From positions 6,102-70,101 of the forward strand of contig DATNIN010000068.1 of assembly GCA_035604415.1 (NCBI GenBank): a stretch of DNA of 64,000 bases. Direction: 5' to 3'. Origin of the DNA: Candidatus Acidiferrales bacterium (GTDB lineage: Bacteria > Acidobacteriota > Terriglobia > Acidiferrales > UBA7541). Below the pieces are notes generated by a model that was not told the DNA's origin, made no database searches, and worked only from the letters and a program-made list of their open reading frames with translations. The position numbers and the translations under genes were made by a program. Within the stretch, counting starts at the first letter, position 1, and each line of letters begins with the position of its first letter. Shown here piece after piece: positions 31,129 through 41,124 of the stretch.

Positions 31129-32289
31129 ATGGCCACTTATCCCATCCTTCGAGCGAACCCGGAGACGCTTCGGCGCCGGCCGGCTCGCGCGAAGCAAACC
31201 AGTCTCACCTTATTCCCCCAAGCCGCTCGCCACGGCAATTGTGAGCCGCCTAGCGGTGCTTCCGCGCCCCCTCCGGCGCCTGACCGGAGCAGGAAGCCCG
31301 CGACGGAACTGGTTGGCATTGCGCGCCTCGCCGCATCCTCCCCTCGCGCCGAAGCCAAGCGCGGGACGGAGTATTTTCTGCTGCCCGTCAAATCGATCCT
31401 CAACGAGTGCCACTCCGAGAGGGTGCCGTTTCGCTGGACTGCGAATCCCTATCGCGGCTGCGAATTCGGCTGCCGCTACTGCTACGCGCGCTACACCCAC
31501 GAATACATGGAGCTCGATTCCGCGGATTTCGAATCGAAGATTTACGTGAAGCAGAACGCGGGCCCGCTCACCGAGCGCGATCTGAGCCGCGAGAAGCTTC
31601 GCGGCGAGCACATCGCCATCGGGACCGCAACCGATCCCTATCAGCCTGCCGAGCGCGAATTCGGCGCCACGCGCGCGATGCTCGAAAAAATGGCGGAGCG
31701 CGAGGGGCTGAGCCTTTCGATCACGACGAAATCGAATCAGGTGGTGCGCGATATCGACGTGCTGCTGCGCATTTCGGAGCGATCGTCGATTGCCATCAAC
31801 ATGAGCGTCACGACGATGCGGATGAGGCTTGCGCGGCTGCTCGAGCCGCGCGCTCCGAGGCCGGACCTGCGCATGGAGGCGGTCCGCAAGCTGCGCGAGG
31901 CGGGGATTTCGGCCGGGGTGTTCGCGATGCCGATTTTGCCGGGATTGACCGACCGCGAAGATGATCTCGATGCGGTCGCGCGTGCGGCGCGCGATGCGGG
32001 AGCGCAATGGTTTGGTGCGCGCGTGCTTTTCCTGATGCCGTCGTCGTGGAAATCGTTCAGCGCGTTCCTGGAAGAGAAGTTTCCAAGGCTGACCGGGCAA
32101 TATCGCGAGTGGTACAGCCACTACGGAGACGCGCCGGAAAGCTATCGGAAGGAAATCGCCGCGCGCGTGGAAAAGGTGCGCCAGAAATATGATTTGCGCT
32201 CGCGACCCGAAGTGCCGACGAAGCCATCACCGATTGCACCGCAATTGCAGCTCGCCTGGGAAGATGGAGAACAACGATGCCAAACGTGA
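31129..32289 (+). CDS. Radical SAM protein (SplB/COG1533-like, PA0069/Rv2578c type)
   Basis: NPYRGCEFGCRYCYA CxxxCxxC cluster motif followed by a TIM-barrel-like region. The exact start is uncertain. Confidence 0.85.
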   Translation: MATYPILRANPETLRRRPARAKQTSLTLFPQAARHGNCEPPSGASAPPPAPDRSRKPATELVGIARLAASSPRAEAKRGTEYFLLPVKSILNECHSERVPFRWTANPYRGCEFGCRYCYARYTHEYMELDSADFESKIYVKQNAGPLTERDLSREKLRGEHIAIGTATDPYQPAEREFGATRAMLEKMAEREGLSLSITTKSNQVVRDIDVLLRISERSSIAINMSVTTMRMRLARLLEPRAPRPDLRMEAVRKLREAGISAGVFAMPILPGLTDREDDLDAVARAARDAGAQWFGARVLFLMPSSWKSFSAFLEEKFPRLTGQYREWYSHYGDAPESYRKEIAARVEKVRQKYDLRSRPEVPTKPSPIAPQLQLAWEDGEQRCQT

Positions 32290-32354
32290 AATCACGCAGA
32301 AGAACTCGTGGCAGACGCACGCGCGCGCATGCGCCGGATTCCGGCGGCGACAGC

Positions 32355-32882
32355 ATGAAGCCGGAAAAGAAGCTGGTTCGCGGCGTGGAGTTGAAAACCG
32401 TCTCGAGATGGACGATGTGTTTCGCCGTAATATGTCTGGCAGCATTTGCGGCAGGCCGTCCGCCGGTTTCCGCGGCGGGATCGTCACAGGCCGCGAAAAA
32501 GGAGCGTCCCGTGTTCTTTGGACTGAGGACGGCCGCGTATCAGGTGAAGGACCTCGCCAAGGCCAAAGCGTGGTACGCGAATGTGCTGGGCGTTCAACCC
32601 TATTTCGATCAACCGTTTTACGTGGGATTTAACGTGGGCGGCTATGAACTGGGATTAAGTCCGACGCCGGACGCGGGTCAGAAGAGATCCGCGGCGGGCA
32701 TCGCTTACTGGGGCGTCGAGGATGCGCGCGCCGCGTATCAGCGCCTGCTCGATCTCGGCGCCACGCCGCAGGAGCCGGTGCAGGACGTCGGCGAAGGAAT
32801 CCTGATCGGGGCGGTGCACGACCCGTTCGGCAACGTGCTCGGCGTGATCCAGAATCCGAAATTCAAAGCCACAGGCAACTGA
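32355..32882 (+). CDS. VOC (glyoxalase/bleomycin-resistance) family protein with N-terminal signal/anchor
   Basis: Start set at MKPEKK. The VOC pattern AYQVKDLAKAKAWYANVLG...HDPFGNVLGVIQN is present. Confidence 0.75.
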   Translation: MKPEKKLVRGVELKTVSRWTMCFAVICLAAFAAGRPPVSAAGSSQAAKKERPVFFGLRTAAYQVKDLAKAKAWYANVLGVQPYFDQPFYVGFNVGGYELGLSPTPDAGQKRSAAGIAYWGVEDARAAYQRLLDLGATPQEPVQDVGEGILIGAVHDPFGNVLGVIQNPKFKATGN

Positions 32883-32892
32883 CGCTGCACGC

Positions 32893-33534
32893 CTAGGGCA
32901 TGATGATGCGCGGAGCGTCCTTGGCGGCGTCCGCGGGAAGAGGGAAGCGGGCGCGGAGAAACTCGAGAAATCCCCGCGAGAGCCGGCGGCCGTTGGTTTC
33001 CTGCTTGCCGACGCGCAGCAGAAAAACAAGCAGGTGGAAGATATCGGAGTCCTTCAAGGGCGGAAAGGCGGCGCGCCCGGCGGCGTCCTTGCGGAATTCC
33101 TGCAGGAACTGGACGAGCTGTCCATAGAGCGCACGCGGAAGCGGCGCGTCGGGCGGCCGCTCGTAGTAGATGCCGGTCCCCAGCGTGCGATGGGTTTCGG
33201 CCAGGGCTTCGATTGCAGCCAGAGCCGAGCCGTCGTTTAGATCCTTATTGTCGATCTGGAAGCGCAGGATCGTGGTCGCAATGCCGGTGACGACGGGCCA
33301 GCGCTCATACACGAAGTCCGCCGGGAATTGGATATCCCGGTAGGGGAACTCTTCGGCGGAGATGGGCTGGCGGTGCTCGGCCTCATAGCGGTGCGCGGCG
33401 ACAAGGTGCGGGCAGTCGGAAAGGCAATCGATGGTAATTTCGCGCTCGCGCCCGCAGCAGACCGCGCAGATCTTTTCGCCCTTCGCGGGACAAAAGCGCT
33501 TCGGCGGCCGCTTCTCGCAGATGGGACAACTCAT
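32893..33534 (-). CDS. Cys-rich hypothetical protein (putative metal-binding N-terminus)
   Basis: 213 aa with eight Cys in the first 41 residues (C3, C6, C15, C23, C26, C27, C37, C41). The remainder is helical-looking. Confidence 0.6.
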   Translation of the reverse strand: MSCPICEKRPPKRFCPAKGEKICAVCCGREREITIDCLSDCPHLVAAHRYEAEHRQPISAEEFPYRDIQFPADFVYERWPVVTGIATTILRFQIDNKDLNDGSALAAIEALAETHRTLGTGIYYERPPDAPLPRALYGQLVQFLQEFRKDAAGRAAFPPLKDSDIFHLLVFLLRVGKQETNGRRLSRGFLEFLRARFPLPADAAKDAPRIIMP

Positions 33535-33635
33535 CGAAATTCCTCGCAGTCCACGGGTGGATCAGGAGTCAGGGCAATCAGACTACGGGAAGACTCCCTG
33601 CGCGGCAAGTGGCTCCGAAGGCGCCCCGAGCGACG

Positions 33636-34289
33636 CTAGGCTTTAGCGGCAACGCCTGCTGCGGCCGGGCGCTTCTCGAGGGCGGCGATCTGCTGGAGGA
33701 TCGTCTCGACTACGAATTCGTCGCCGAATTTCGAGTTGATCATCAGGTTGTAGAGTGAGCGAAGGGGCCATTCCTTGTTGAAGTAGTGGCGGATGAAGGA
33801 AGCGCGCTCTCGGTCGATTTCGTCGATCAAGTGGAGAGCTTCTTTTTCAGACTGGCCAATCGACTTGAGGCGGCGGAGTTTTTCTTCTTCCGGCGCGTAT
33901 ACGAATACGTGAAAGGCATCCGGACGGTTTCGCAAAATGTAAGGGGCGCCGCGGCCGACGATCACGCAATTCCCCTGCGCCGCGACATCCTCGATTACCT
34001 TTCCGAGCGTTGCGAACATCCGGTCGGTATCGAACAGGCGCGACTCGTTGATGGGAAGCGCTCGCTCGTAGCTGCCCCGGGCATACACCTTGAACAAGCG
34101 ATAGAGCAGGGAATCGACGCGCTCGTCGCAGCTCTCCGCGGCCTTTTGATCGACATTGGCCACGCGCGCGATTTCGGCAGTGATTTCCTCGTCCCACAAT
34201 TTCCAGCCGAGGTGTTCGGCGAGGTGCCGAGCGATCATGGCTCCGCCGCTGCCGTATTCGCGTTCGATGGTGATGATCCGGGCGCGCAT
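33636..34289 (-). CDS. Cytidylate kinase-like family P-loop protein
   Basis: ITIEREYGSGGAMIARHLAEHLGW N-terminus typical of the cytidylate kinase-like family. 217 aa. Confidence 0.8.
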   Translation of the reverse strand: MRARIITIEREYGSGGAMIARHLAEHLGWKLWDEEITAEIARVANVDQKAAESCDERVDSLLYRLFKVYARGSYERALPINESRLFDTDRMFATLGKVIEDVAAQGNCVIVGRGAPYILRNRPDAFHVFVYAPEEEKLRRLKSIGQSEKEALHLIDEIDRERASFIRHYFNKEWPLRSLYNLMINSKFGDEFVVETILQQIAALEKRPAAAGVAAKA

Positions 34290-34351
34290 GGTCCCCCTTG
34301 GCGCGCCAGTGTACTGCGACGGGCTCGTTGAAACCAGAGGGACCGCGGGGA

Positions 34352-35623
34352 TTACTTGAGAAATACCTTCGGTTCGACGGACATTCCGAGACGAAGGGAA
34401 TGATCGGCGTTCTGCCCCGGATTGAGCACGATTTTCACGGGAACTCGCTGCACGACTTTCACGTAGTTTCCGGTCGCATTCTCCGGAGGCAGCAAACTCA
34501 GACGCGCGCCGCTCGACCCGGCGATGCTGTCCACCCGCCCCTCGTAGGTGCGGCCGTTTGAGTCGGCTTTGATTTCGGCGCGCTGCCCGGGCATCATTTT
34601 CTTCAACTGAGTTTCCTTGAAATTGGCCGTGATCCAGATATCGTCGAGCGGGACGACGCTGAGCAATTGCTGGCCCGGCTGAACGTTCATCCCGACTTCG
34701 ACATTCTTCATCACGACGCCGTTGACGGGCGCGATGATCTTCGTGTACTGGAGATTCAGCTCCGCCATTTCGAGGGCTGCCTGCTTTTCTTGCGCGGCGG
34801 CTTCGGCCGACGAGGCGCGGGCGCGCACCGACGCAACCTGCTGCGGGCCGGTTTGGGACGAGCGCCAGCCTGCCTGCGCTTGCGCGAGGCGAGCGTGCGC
34901 CTGCGTCACCTGCTGGACGGCGGCCGCGACGGAAGACTTGGCGGCGGCCACGCCAGCAGTGGACGCCGTAGCGACGGCAACTGCCTGATCGTAAATCTGC
35001 TGAGAGATCTCCTGTTTGTCGACGAGCTGCTTGTAGCGGGCGAGGTCATTTTGCGCCTTCACGTCATTGGCCTCGGCCTGAGCGAGCTGCGCCTGGGCTG
35101 CATCCAACTGGTGCTGGGCGACGGAGATCCCGGCCTGGGTGTTTGCCACGTCCGCTTCCGACGTGGAAACCTGGCTGGACGTGTTGACGGACGTCACCGG
35201 GACATCGATGCCCATGGAGCGGGCCATGGCTGCGGTGTCCGCAGCTTGCGCGCGCGCCTGATCGACGGCGACTTGATAATCGCGCGGATCGATTTCGACG
35301 AGCACCGTGCCGGCCTGCACGTACTGGTTGTCATTCACATTGACCTTCGCGACATAGCCGGAAATCCGCGCGCTGATCGGCATGAGATGGCCGTCCACCT
35401 GAGCGTCGTCGGTCGACTCGTAACTCGAGAAGTAGCGCCACGCAAAGAAGCCACCGACCAGCAGCACGAGCCCAGCAATAATCAGATACATCCGCGCCTG
35501 CGGCCGCTCCCGAAAAAATTCAGACGCGTGGGAGGGTGGAGGTTCGGCCGAGTGAGTCTCCGGAGGAGCCGGATTTTCCGCGGGAGTGACGGGCGACGCT
35601 TCGAGTTCGGTTCGCTGTGCCAT
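34352..35623 (-). CDS. HlyD/EmrA-type membrane fusion (periplasmic adaptor) protein
   Basis: N-terminal TM helix, a biotinyl-lipoyl-like segment, a long Ala/Gln-rich coiled-coil hairpin and a C-terminal beta-barrel. EmrA-like layout. Confidence 0.9.
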   Translation of the reverse strand: MAQRTELEASPVTPAENPAPPETHSAEPPPSHASEFFRERPQARMYLIIAGLVLLVGGFFAWRYFSSYESTDDAQVDGHLMPISARISGYVAKVNVNDNQYVQAGTVLVEIDPRDYQVAVDQARAQAADTAAMARSMGIDVPVTSVNTSSQVSTSEADVANTQAGISVAQHQLDAAQAQLAQAEANDVKAQNDLARYKQLVDKQEISQQIYDQAVAVATASTAGVAAAKSSVAAAVQQVTQAHARLAQAQAGWRSSQTGPQQVASVRARASSAEAAAQEKQAALEMAELNLQYTKIIAPVNGVVMKNVEVGMNVQPGQQLLSVVPLDDIWITANFKETQLKKMMPGQRAEIKADSNGRTYEGRVDSIAGSSGARLSLLPPENATGNYVKVVQRVPVKIVLNPGQNADHSLRLGMSVEPKVFLK

Positions 35624-35626
35624 GTC

Positions 35627-37192
35627 TCATTTTCCTTTAAAGTATTTCTTAAAGCTCTCTTCGGCGGATCCCAGGGCGCGTGCGAGAGAAATCTTTGCGT
35701 AGTTGTCGCGATAGAGGCTCGAGATGTAGCTTTCGTGGGCGCTCGCGACCGCTTCCTGCGCCTGCACGACTTCGACGGTATCGGTGACACCCGCGCGGAA
35801 CCGGTCCCGCGCCTGCGCCAGCGTCTGCTCAGCCAGATCGATATTGCTCTGGGCCACGGCGACCTCTTGCTCGCCGGATTCAACGTTGAATAGCGCGGTG
35901 CGGACATCGGCGTCAATCTGGGCGCGGAGATCCTCAAGCCGCTCGCGGCTTTGCTCCAGCCGCGCGGTGGCATCGAGAACATCGCCGTGGACTCTGCCGC
36001 CTTGAAAGATCGGAATAGAGAGCGTGCCCCGCACGTCGAACACGCCGTGGGTGGAAACATCCGGATACGTCCCCGCCAGGCCGTAATCGGCGTTCATGGA
36101 TAGCGAAGGCAGGTAGCCCGCTTCGGCGGCCTTCTTGGAATATTGAGCGGCGCGGACGTCCGCGAGTGCCGCTTGATAGTCCGAGCGCGAATCGTACGCG
36201 GCCTTGAGCGCGTCGTCCACGCTGAGTTCCGCAAACTCCTGGTACGGCGACTTGTCGGTCAGCTCAAATTCCTGGCCCGGTGCGAGCCCGATGGCCCGCG
36301 CGAGCTTGAGCTTCTGAATGGCGAAGTCGTTCTTCGCCTGGATCAACTGCTGCTGGCGCGATTTCAGCTCGACCTGCGCGCGAAGACCGTCGATCGCGGG
36401 CGAAGTGCCGGCCTTGACCTGATCCGACGCCTGACTGGAAAGGGCCTGAGCCGTTTTCACCTGCGCATCCGCGGTGTCGATGCGGGCTTCGTCCGCGATT
36501 GTTTGCAGATAGGTATAGCCGACGGCCAAAACGACGAGGTCGCGTGCGTCCTTGTAACTGGATCGCGCGGACTTCACGCTTTCGGAGGCAGCGCGTGAAT
36601 TGTTGATGGCCTTCCAATCGAAAATGGATTGCGTCAGATCGGCGCGCGAATCGAAATACGCGAAGGGCCCCACGATCGAAGGGATCGAGACGCCGGGAAT
36701 GGGAATCTTGAACGTAAAGCCGAATTCGGCGAGATCGACTTGCGAGCCGTCGATGTACGTCGAGGTCGTCACGTTGGGGAGCAAGGCGCTCATCTGCCTC
36801 CAGCGCGCGCCGCGGGCCGCGCGGACATCTTCGCCGGAAAGGAGCAAGCCGAGGTTCTGCTTCAGGCCGCGATCAAGGGCGTCTTGCAAGGAAATCTGCA
36901 AAACGCCGGGAACGAGCTTTGCCGGAACGCTTCCCGAGTAGGCGCCCTGCGGCGCTGGTGGAGCGGGCCCACCGAAATCAGAGCTCGGCGCGCCGGGCGA
37001 GGCAATTCCTCCCTGCGCCAGCGCGGAACCGGCCGCCAGCGAAAAAAAGACTGCGGCAACGATCGATAGGATTGTAGATCGCGGTGCCACCGGATCTCCT
37101 CCAACGATCCGTCGTGCTTTGGATGATGCGGCAGCGGCGGAAGACGCAGCAATTCCGCATCGGATCGCTTCCGGGCAGGGCTGGCGGCTCAT
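35627..37192 (-). CDS. TolC family outer membrane efflux protein
   Basis: 521 aa with two repeated OEP halves. The ATG overlaps the tetR stop (ATGA at 37189-37192). Confidence 0.9.
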   Translation of the reverse strand: MSRQPCPEAIRCGIAASSAAAASSKARRIVGGDPVAPRSTILSIVAAVFFSLAAGSALAQGGIASPGAPSSDFGGPAPPAPQGAYSGSVPAKLVPGVLQISLQDALDRGLKQNLGLLLSGEDVRAARGARWRQMSALLPNVTTSTYIDGSQVDLAEFGFTFKIPIPGVSIPSIVGPFAYFDSRADLTQSIFDWKAINNSRAASESVKSARSSYKDARDLVVLAVGYTYLQTIADEARIDTADAQVKTAQALSSQASDQVKAGTSPAIDGLRAQVELKSRQQQLIQAKNDFAIQKLKLARAIGLAPGQEFELTDKSPYQEFAELSVDDALKAAYDSRSDYQAALADVRAAQYSKKAAEAGYLPSLSMNADYGLAGTYPDVSTHGVFDVRGTLSIPIFQGGRVHGDVLDATARLEQSRERLEDLRAQIDADVRTALFNVESGEQEVAVAQSNIDLAEQTLAQARDRFRAGVTDTVEVVQAQEAVASAHESYISSLYRDNYAKISLARALGSAEESFKKYFKGK

Positions 37193-37860
37193 GTCCGGAC
37201 GCTCCGCCGGCTTTTGGCTCCCTTGCGTTTCTCATCGGCGCGAAGATTTGGGACGATCAGCTCCCACACATCTTCCGCCATTCCTCGCAAGGATGAGTCC
37301 GGGTTCAGGGCCCAGGCGAGGGTGATTCCGAACAAGACGATCTGGGTCAGCCGGGCCAGCTCCGCGGGCGAACGATCGCGACGGACCTCACCGCGCTGCT
37401 GCGCGATAGCGAAGATCTCCGCGAGCAGACGACGGCCGTGCTGAATACGCTTGTGAAGTTGGGCGCGGACCGGCGCGCAGGACGCGTGCGCGGCATAAAT
37501 GGCGCGGAGCAGGGCCGCACTCTCTGCTGATTGCCCCGCGAGATCGCTGGCCATCTCCTTAAGTGCTGGAAGCGCAGGGCCCGTCCTGGCGCGTTCCAGG
37601 GCGCGCTCGATGGCGGCGATGCGCTCGGCGCCAAGGGTGGCCAGGACGTGCTCTTTGGTCTCGAAATAGTTGAAGAAGGTTCCCTTGCCGACGTCGGCGG
37701 CCTCGGTGATGTCCTCGACGGTGGTTTCGAGAAAGCCGCGTTCGGCAAAAAGATGGAGTGCGGCGCGAAAAATGCGTTCGCGGATTTCGGCCCGGTGGCG
37801 TTCGCGGCGTCCCGCACGCGGGGGGACGGCGTGCCGTGCGACAGGATTGGGGGATGCCAT
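37189..37860 (-). CDS. TetR/AcrR family transcriptional regulator
   Basis: N-terminal HTH (FLETTVEDITEAADVGKGTFFNYF) and a helical ligand-binding domain. Confidence 0.9.
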   Translation of the reverse strand: MASPNPVARHAVPPRAGRRERHRAEIRERIFRAALHLFAERGFLETTVEDITEAADVGKGTFFNYFETKEHVLATLGAERIAAIERALERARTGPALPALKEMASDLAGQSAESAALLRAIYAAHASCAPVRAQLHKRIQHGRRLLAEIFAIAQQRGEVRRDRSPAELARLTQIVLFGITLAWALNPDSSLRGMAEDVWELIVPNLRADEKRKGAKSRRSVRT

Positions 37861-37877
37861 GATTCCGATGTCCTCCC

Positions 37878-37907
37878 TGACCTTAAGCCATATGTGACTT
37901 TAGGTCA
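37878..37907. promoter_or_regulatory. Candidate TetR operator (inverted repeat)
   Basis: TGACCTTAAG-N10-CTTTAGGTCA, with 9 of 10 positions complementary. Lies 18 nt upstream of the tetR start. Confidence 0.4.
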
Positions 37908-38019
37908 TTTTTGAGTGAAAGTCAATCCAGGAGGGCTGGGGACGCGAATCAGAGATCATCGGGCGAGATTCCCCGCGCCGGAGGGAAGCTCCTCCGGGCG
38001 CAGAGCATCACGCAAGGTG

Positions 38020-38742
38020 TTATTTCGAGCGGTTCTTGGGGCTGTGCTGATTGAGCGTGGCCGTAAGCGCTCTCGCTGCGGGCGGAACCGGGACCGCGCC
38101 GTGAAGGGCAATGTCCTTTGCGGAAATCTTCTTGCCGTAGATGCGTTCGTTCGCGTCGTTATCCGGACGGAGCGTCGATCCCTCGAGTGAAATGCCGGCG
38201 AACAAGCCGCGGGAACGCGAGTAGGTGAGGACTTCGGCGCGCATGGCGACGTCCGTATCCGCCTCGGCGTCCCGGCCCTTGGGACCGGCGGCGGCGGACG
38301 CATCGGCGCCCAGCTTCACCTTGCTGCTGAGGATGGAGCTTGCTCCACCCTGATTCATCACGAGCAGTACAAAGTCCGTCGCTTGGCCGCCAAGCTGGAG
38401 TCCGAAGCTGCCGCCTTCGAGCGCCATCATCGTCGGAGCGCCCCAGGGACCCTGAAAATCATCGCCACTGCGGCAGGTCATCGCTCCGCGGCCGTAACTG
38501 CCGCCGAGGCCAATCGCGAATTTCAGCACCGTGGGAATCACAATGACGCAATCCGCTTTGTCGATCAGGCTTTGCGGAATGTCGTCCGGAATATTGAGGA
38601 TTTCTTTCAGCACCTGGCCGGAATTGTGGAGCCGGTCCTCGTCTTTTTCCTTGTTGTCCGCCCGCACGGGCGCGGCAGCCGAGAGACTCAGCAGACCGAC
38701 CAGCGATGCCGCGAGCATGAATGCGAACATTCTCTTTGTCAT
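38020..38742 (-). CDS. SYLF (Ysc84/DUF500) lipid-binding domain protein, secreted
   Basis: Signal peptide, then ADCVIVIPTVLKFAIGLGGSYGRG...GGSFGLQLGG, typical of SYLF domains. Confidence 0.8.
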   Translation of the reverse strand: MTKRMFAFMLAASLVGLLSLSAAAPVRADNKEKDEDRLHNSGQVLKEILNIPDDIPQSLIDKADCVIVIPTVLKFAIGLGGSYGRGAMTCRSGDDFQGPWGAPTMMALEGGSFGLQLGGQATDFVLLVMNQGGASSILSSKVKLGADASAAAGPKGRDAEADTDVAMRAEVLTYSRSRGLFAGISLEGSTLRPDNDANERIYGKKISAKDIALHGAVPVPPAARALTATLNQHSPKNRSK

Positions 38743-38871
38743 GATTGCTTCCTCCTATGGACGCGATTCCATGATATGTGTTCTGGGTGGGGCAGCGCAA
38801 CCCCGGCGGTAGGAGCGTGATCGGATGGCGTTGCCATATAATTGAGCGCGTTGAAAAACCTCCCACTGGCT

Positions 38872-40527
38872 ATGAGCGGATTCGCGACTCTCGGGCTCGG
38901 CCGTTCTCTCCTGATCGCCGCGGCGTTTTGGACCTTCGCCGCTCCGGCTTTCGCGCAGGCAACTTCTCCACAGCATCCGGCTCGCACGAGGCAGGTGGCT
39001 GGGTCTTCGGCGCCCACCAAGGCGCGCCCGGATGTGGCGCGGTTCCGCGCGCGCGTCGAAGTCGCGCTGAAAGAGACGCAAGCGGAAAAGGGGCACTGGG
39101 GGATTCTGGTAGCCGACCGAGACACGGGCGCGACGCTCTACGAGCTAAACGCCGATCATTTGTTCACGCCGGCTTCGAACGCGAAGATTTTCACAACCGC
39201 ATTCACGCTGGCGACACTGGGCGGCGACTATCGATTCCACACGACGCTCGAATCGAAGGCCACGCTCGAAGATGGCGGGCGCCTGGCCGGGGACTTGATT
39301 CTCGCGGGACGCGGAGATCCGGACCTATCAAACCGCAAGTTTCCATACGCAGGGAAGGCCGAACGCGATGGGCCGGCCGACAAAGTTCTCGCCGAGCTCG
39401 CGGACGAAGCCGTCGCGAAGGGGCTGAAGGAAGTAGATGGAGACATCGTCGCTGACGACAGTTACCTTCCGTTCGATCCGTATCCAGCGGGCTGGAGCGT
39501 GGGCGATCTTTTTTTCACGTTTGGCGCGCCGGTCAGCGCGATCGCGTTCAACGAAAACACGATTGCGGTGGAGGTGCGGCCCGGCGCATTCGTCGGCGAT
39601 CCGGCGACGATCGTGACGGCGCCGGAGGCGGCGCTCAATACGTTCGCGCACGAAATCAAGACGGGCGCGGCCGATGCAAAGTCGGACTTCGCGGTGGTCC
39701 GCCAGCCGGGCGTGAATTTTCTCTTGCTGCGAGGAACGATCGGGCTCGGCCACACGCCGATCATGCTTGAGCTGGCGATGACGGCGCCGGGCGAAACGGC
39801 TGCGCTGGCACTGAAGCTATTGCTCGAAGCGCGCGGAGTACGCGTCACGGGCACGACCCGAGTGCAGCACGCGCCTCCGCCGGAAACGACGGCGGCGGGC
39901 GAGCCGGTCTTTCCGCTGAATCCACCGCCACCCGATCCGAATCCGCTCGTTCTCGCGGAACATGTTTCGTCGCCGTTGCTCGAAAGCGTGCGCCTCACGA
40001 ACAAGATCAGCCAGAATCTGCATGCGGAGCTGTTTCTGCGCACCATCGCTCGGGAAAAAACAGGCCTCGGTTCGACCGCGGCGGGACTCAAGGGCGAGCG
40101 CGATTTTCTGCGCACCGCCGGAATTGCCGAGGGCGACGTTCTGCTTTCGGATGGTTCGGGGCTTTCGCGCGACGATTTGGTGACACCGCGCGCAGTGGTC
40201 ACGCTTCTGGGATATGCCGCCCGGCAGCCCTGGGGCCGGGATTTCGTCTCGACGCTGCCGGTCGCCGGACTGGACGGCACGCTCGAGGATCGGATGAAGA
40301 ACACCGCGGCGTCGGGAATGATCGAGGCGAAGACGGGGGCGGTGGAGCACACGAGGGCGCTATCCGGTTTTGCTACCACGCTGCGAGGCGAATCGCTCGT
40401 TTTCTCCATTTTTGCGAACAATGACCCGCAGCACGGGCCAGACGCGACCGTGGCGCTCGATGCCATCGCGACCGCGATGGTCGAGACGCTGGGCGCCGCA
40501 CCTCCCGCAAAGAAGAAGAAAAATTGA
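38872..40527 (+). CDS. dacB: D-alanyl-D-alanine carboxypeptidase/endopeptidase (PBP4 family)
   Basis: SxxK motif PASNAKIF and the PBP4-type domain order. ATG at 38872 is preferred over the TTG at 38842. A TATAAT hexamer lies at 38837-38842. Confidence 0.85.
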   Translation: MSGFATLGLGRSLLIAAAFWTFAAPAFAQATSPQHPARTRQVAGSSAPTKARPDVARFRARVEVALKETQAEKGHWGILVADRDTGATLYELNADHLFTPASNAKIFTTAFTLATLGGDYRFHTTLESKATLEDGGRLAGDLILAGRGDPDLSNRKFPYAGKAERDGPADKVLAELADEAVAKGLKEVDGDIVADDSYLPFDPYPAGWSVGDLFFTFGAPVSAIAFNENTIAVEVRPGAFVGDPATIVTAPEAALNTFAHEIKTGAADAKSDFAVVRQPGVNFLLLRGTIGLGHTPIMLELAMTAPGETAALALKLLLEARGVRVTGTTRVQHAPPPETTAAGEPVFPLNPPPPDPNPLVLAEHVSSPLLESVRLTNKISQNLHAELFLRTIAREKTGLGSTAAGLKGERDFLRTAGIAEGDVLLSDGSGLSRDDLVTPRAVVTLLGYAARQPWGRDFVSTLPVAGLDGTLEDRMKNTAASGMIEAKTGAVEHTRALSGFATTLRGESLVFSIFANNDPQHGPDATVALDAIATAMVETLGAAPPAKKKKN

Positions 40528-41081
40528 CGCGCAAAGCGAAGATCGTCACAGTCTTCGGAAGTTCGCGGCCGCGCGCCGGAGACGCGCACTATGCCCAGGC
40601 GCAGGCCCTGGGCGCGGAACTTGCGGCGAAGGGCCTGATCGTTTGCAGCGGAGGCTATGGCGGCGTGATGGAGGCCGTTTCGCGGGGCGCAAAAGAAGCA
40701 GGCGGGCGAACGCTCGCCGTGACCGCGCAATTTTTCAGGCCGAGCGCGAACCGCTGGATAGATGAAGAAGTCCGCGTGAATACATGGCAGGACCGTCTGT
40801 TCGAGCTGATCAAGCGCGGCAGCGGCTACGTCGCGTGCCCCGGCGGAACGGGAACGCTGGTCGAGCTAGCGGTCGTCTGGGAGATGCTCAACAAGGGCGC
40901 GATGCGAAAGAAGCCGCTGGTCGTCCTCGGAGATTTCTGGCAACCGGTGATCGAGCGCGTGCGCGAAGTCGAGCTCGGCCACTCCTCGCAATGGGGCGAG
41001 CAGGACGAACCTCTGATACGCACGGCTTCGACTCCCGCCGACGCTGCGGCAATTCTGGCGATGCATTTCGAAGCGCACTGA
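40524..41081 (+). CDS. LOG family (TIGR00730) Rossmann-fold nucleotide-binding protein
   Basis: GGYGGVMEAVSRGA and PGGTGTLVEL motifs. The TTG start overlaps the dacB stop. Confidence 0.8.
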   Translation: MTRKAKIVTVFGSSRPRAGDAHYAQAQALGAELAAKGLIVCSGGYGGVMEAVSRGAKEAGGRTLAVTAQFFRPSANRWIDEEVRVNTWQDRLFELIKRGSGYVACPGGTGTLVELAVVWEMLNKGAMRKKPLVVLGDFWQPVIERVREVELGHSSQWGEQDEPLIRTASTPADAAAILAMHFEAH

Positions 41082-41124
41082 TTTCCCACAGGCAACCGGG
41101 CTAAAATGAGCGATCGAGGCATTC

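Noticed and set aside
37978-37998. Hairpin CCGGAGG-gaagct-CCTCCGG downstream of the SYLF gene, considered as a terminator.
   Set aside because: No T-run follows on the minus strand, so it cannot be supported as an intrinsic terminator.
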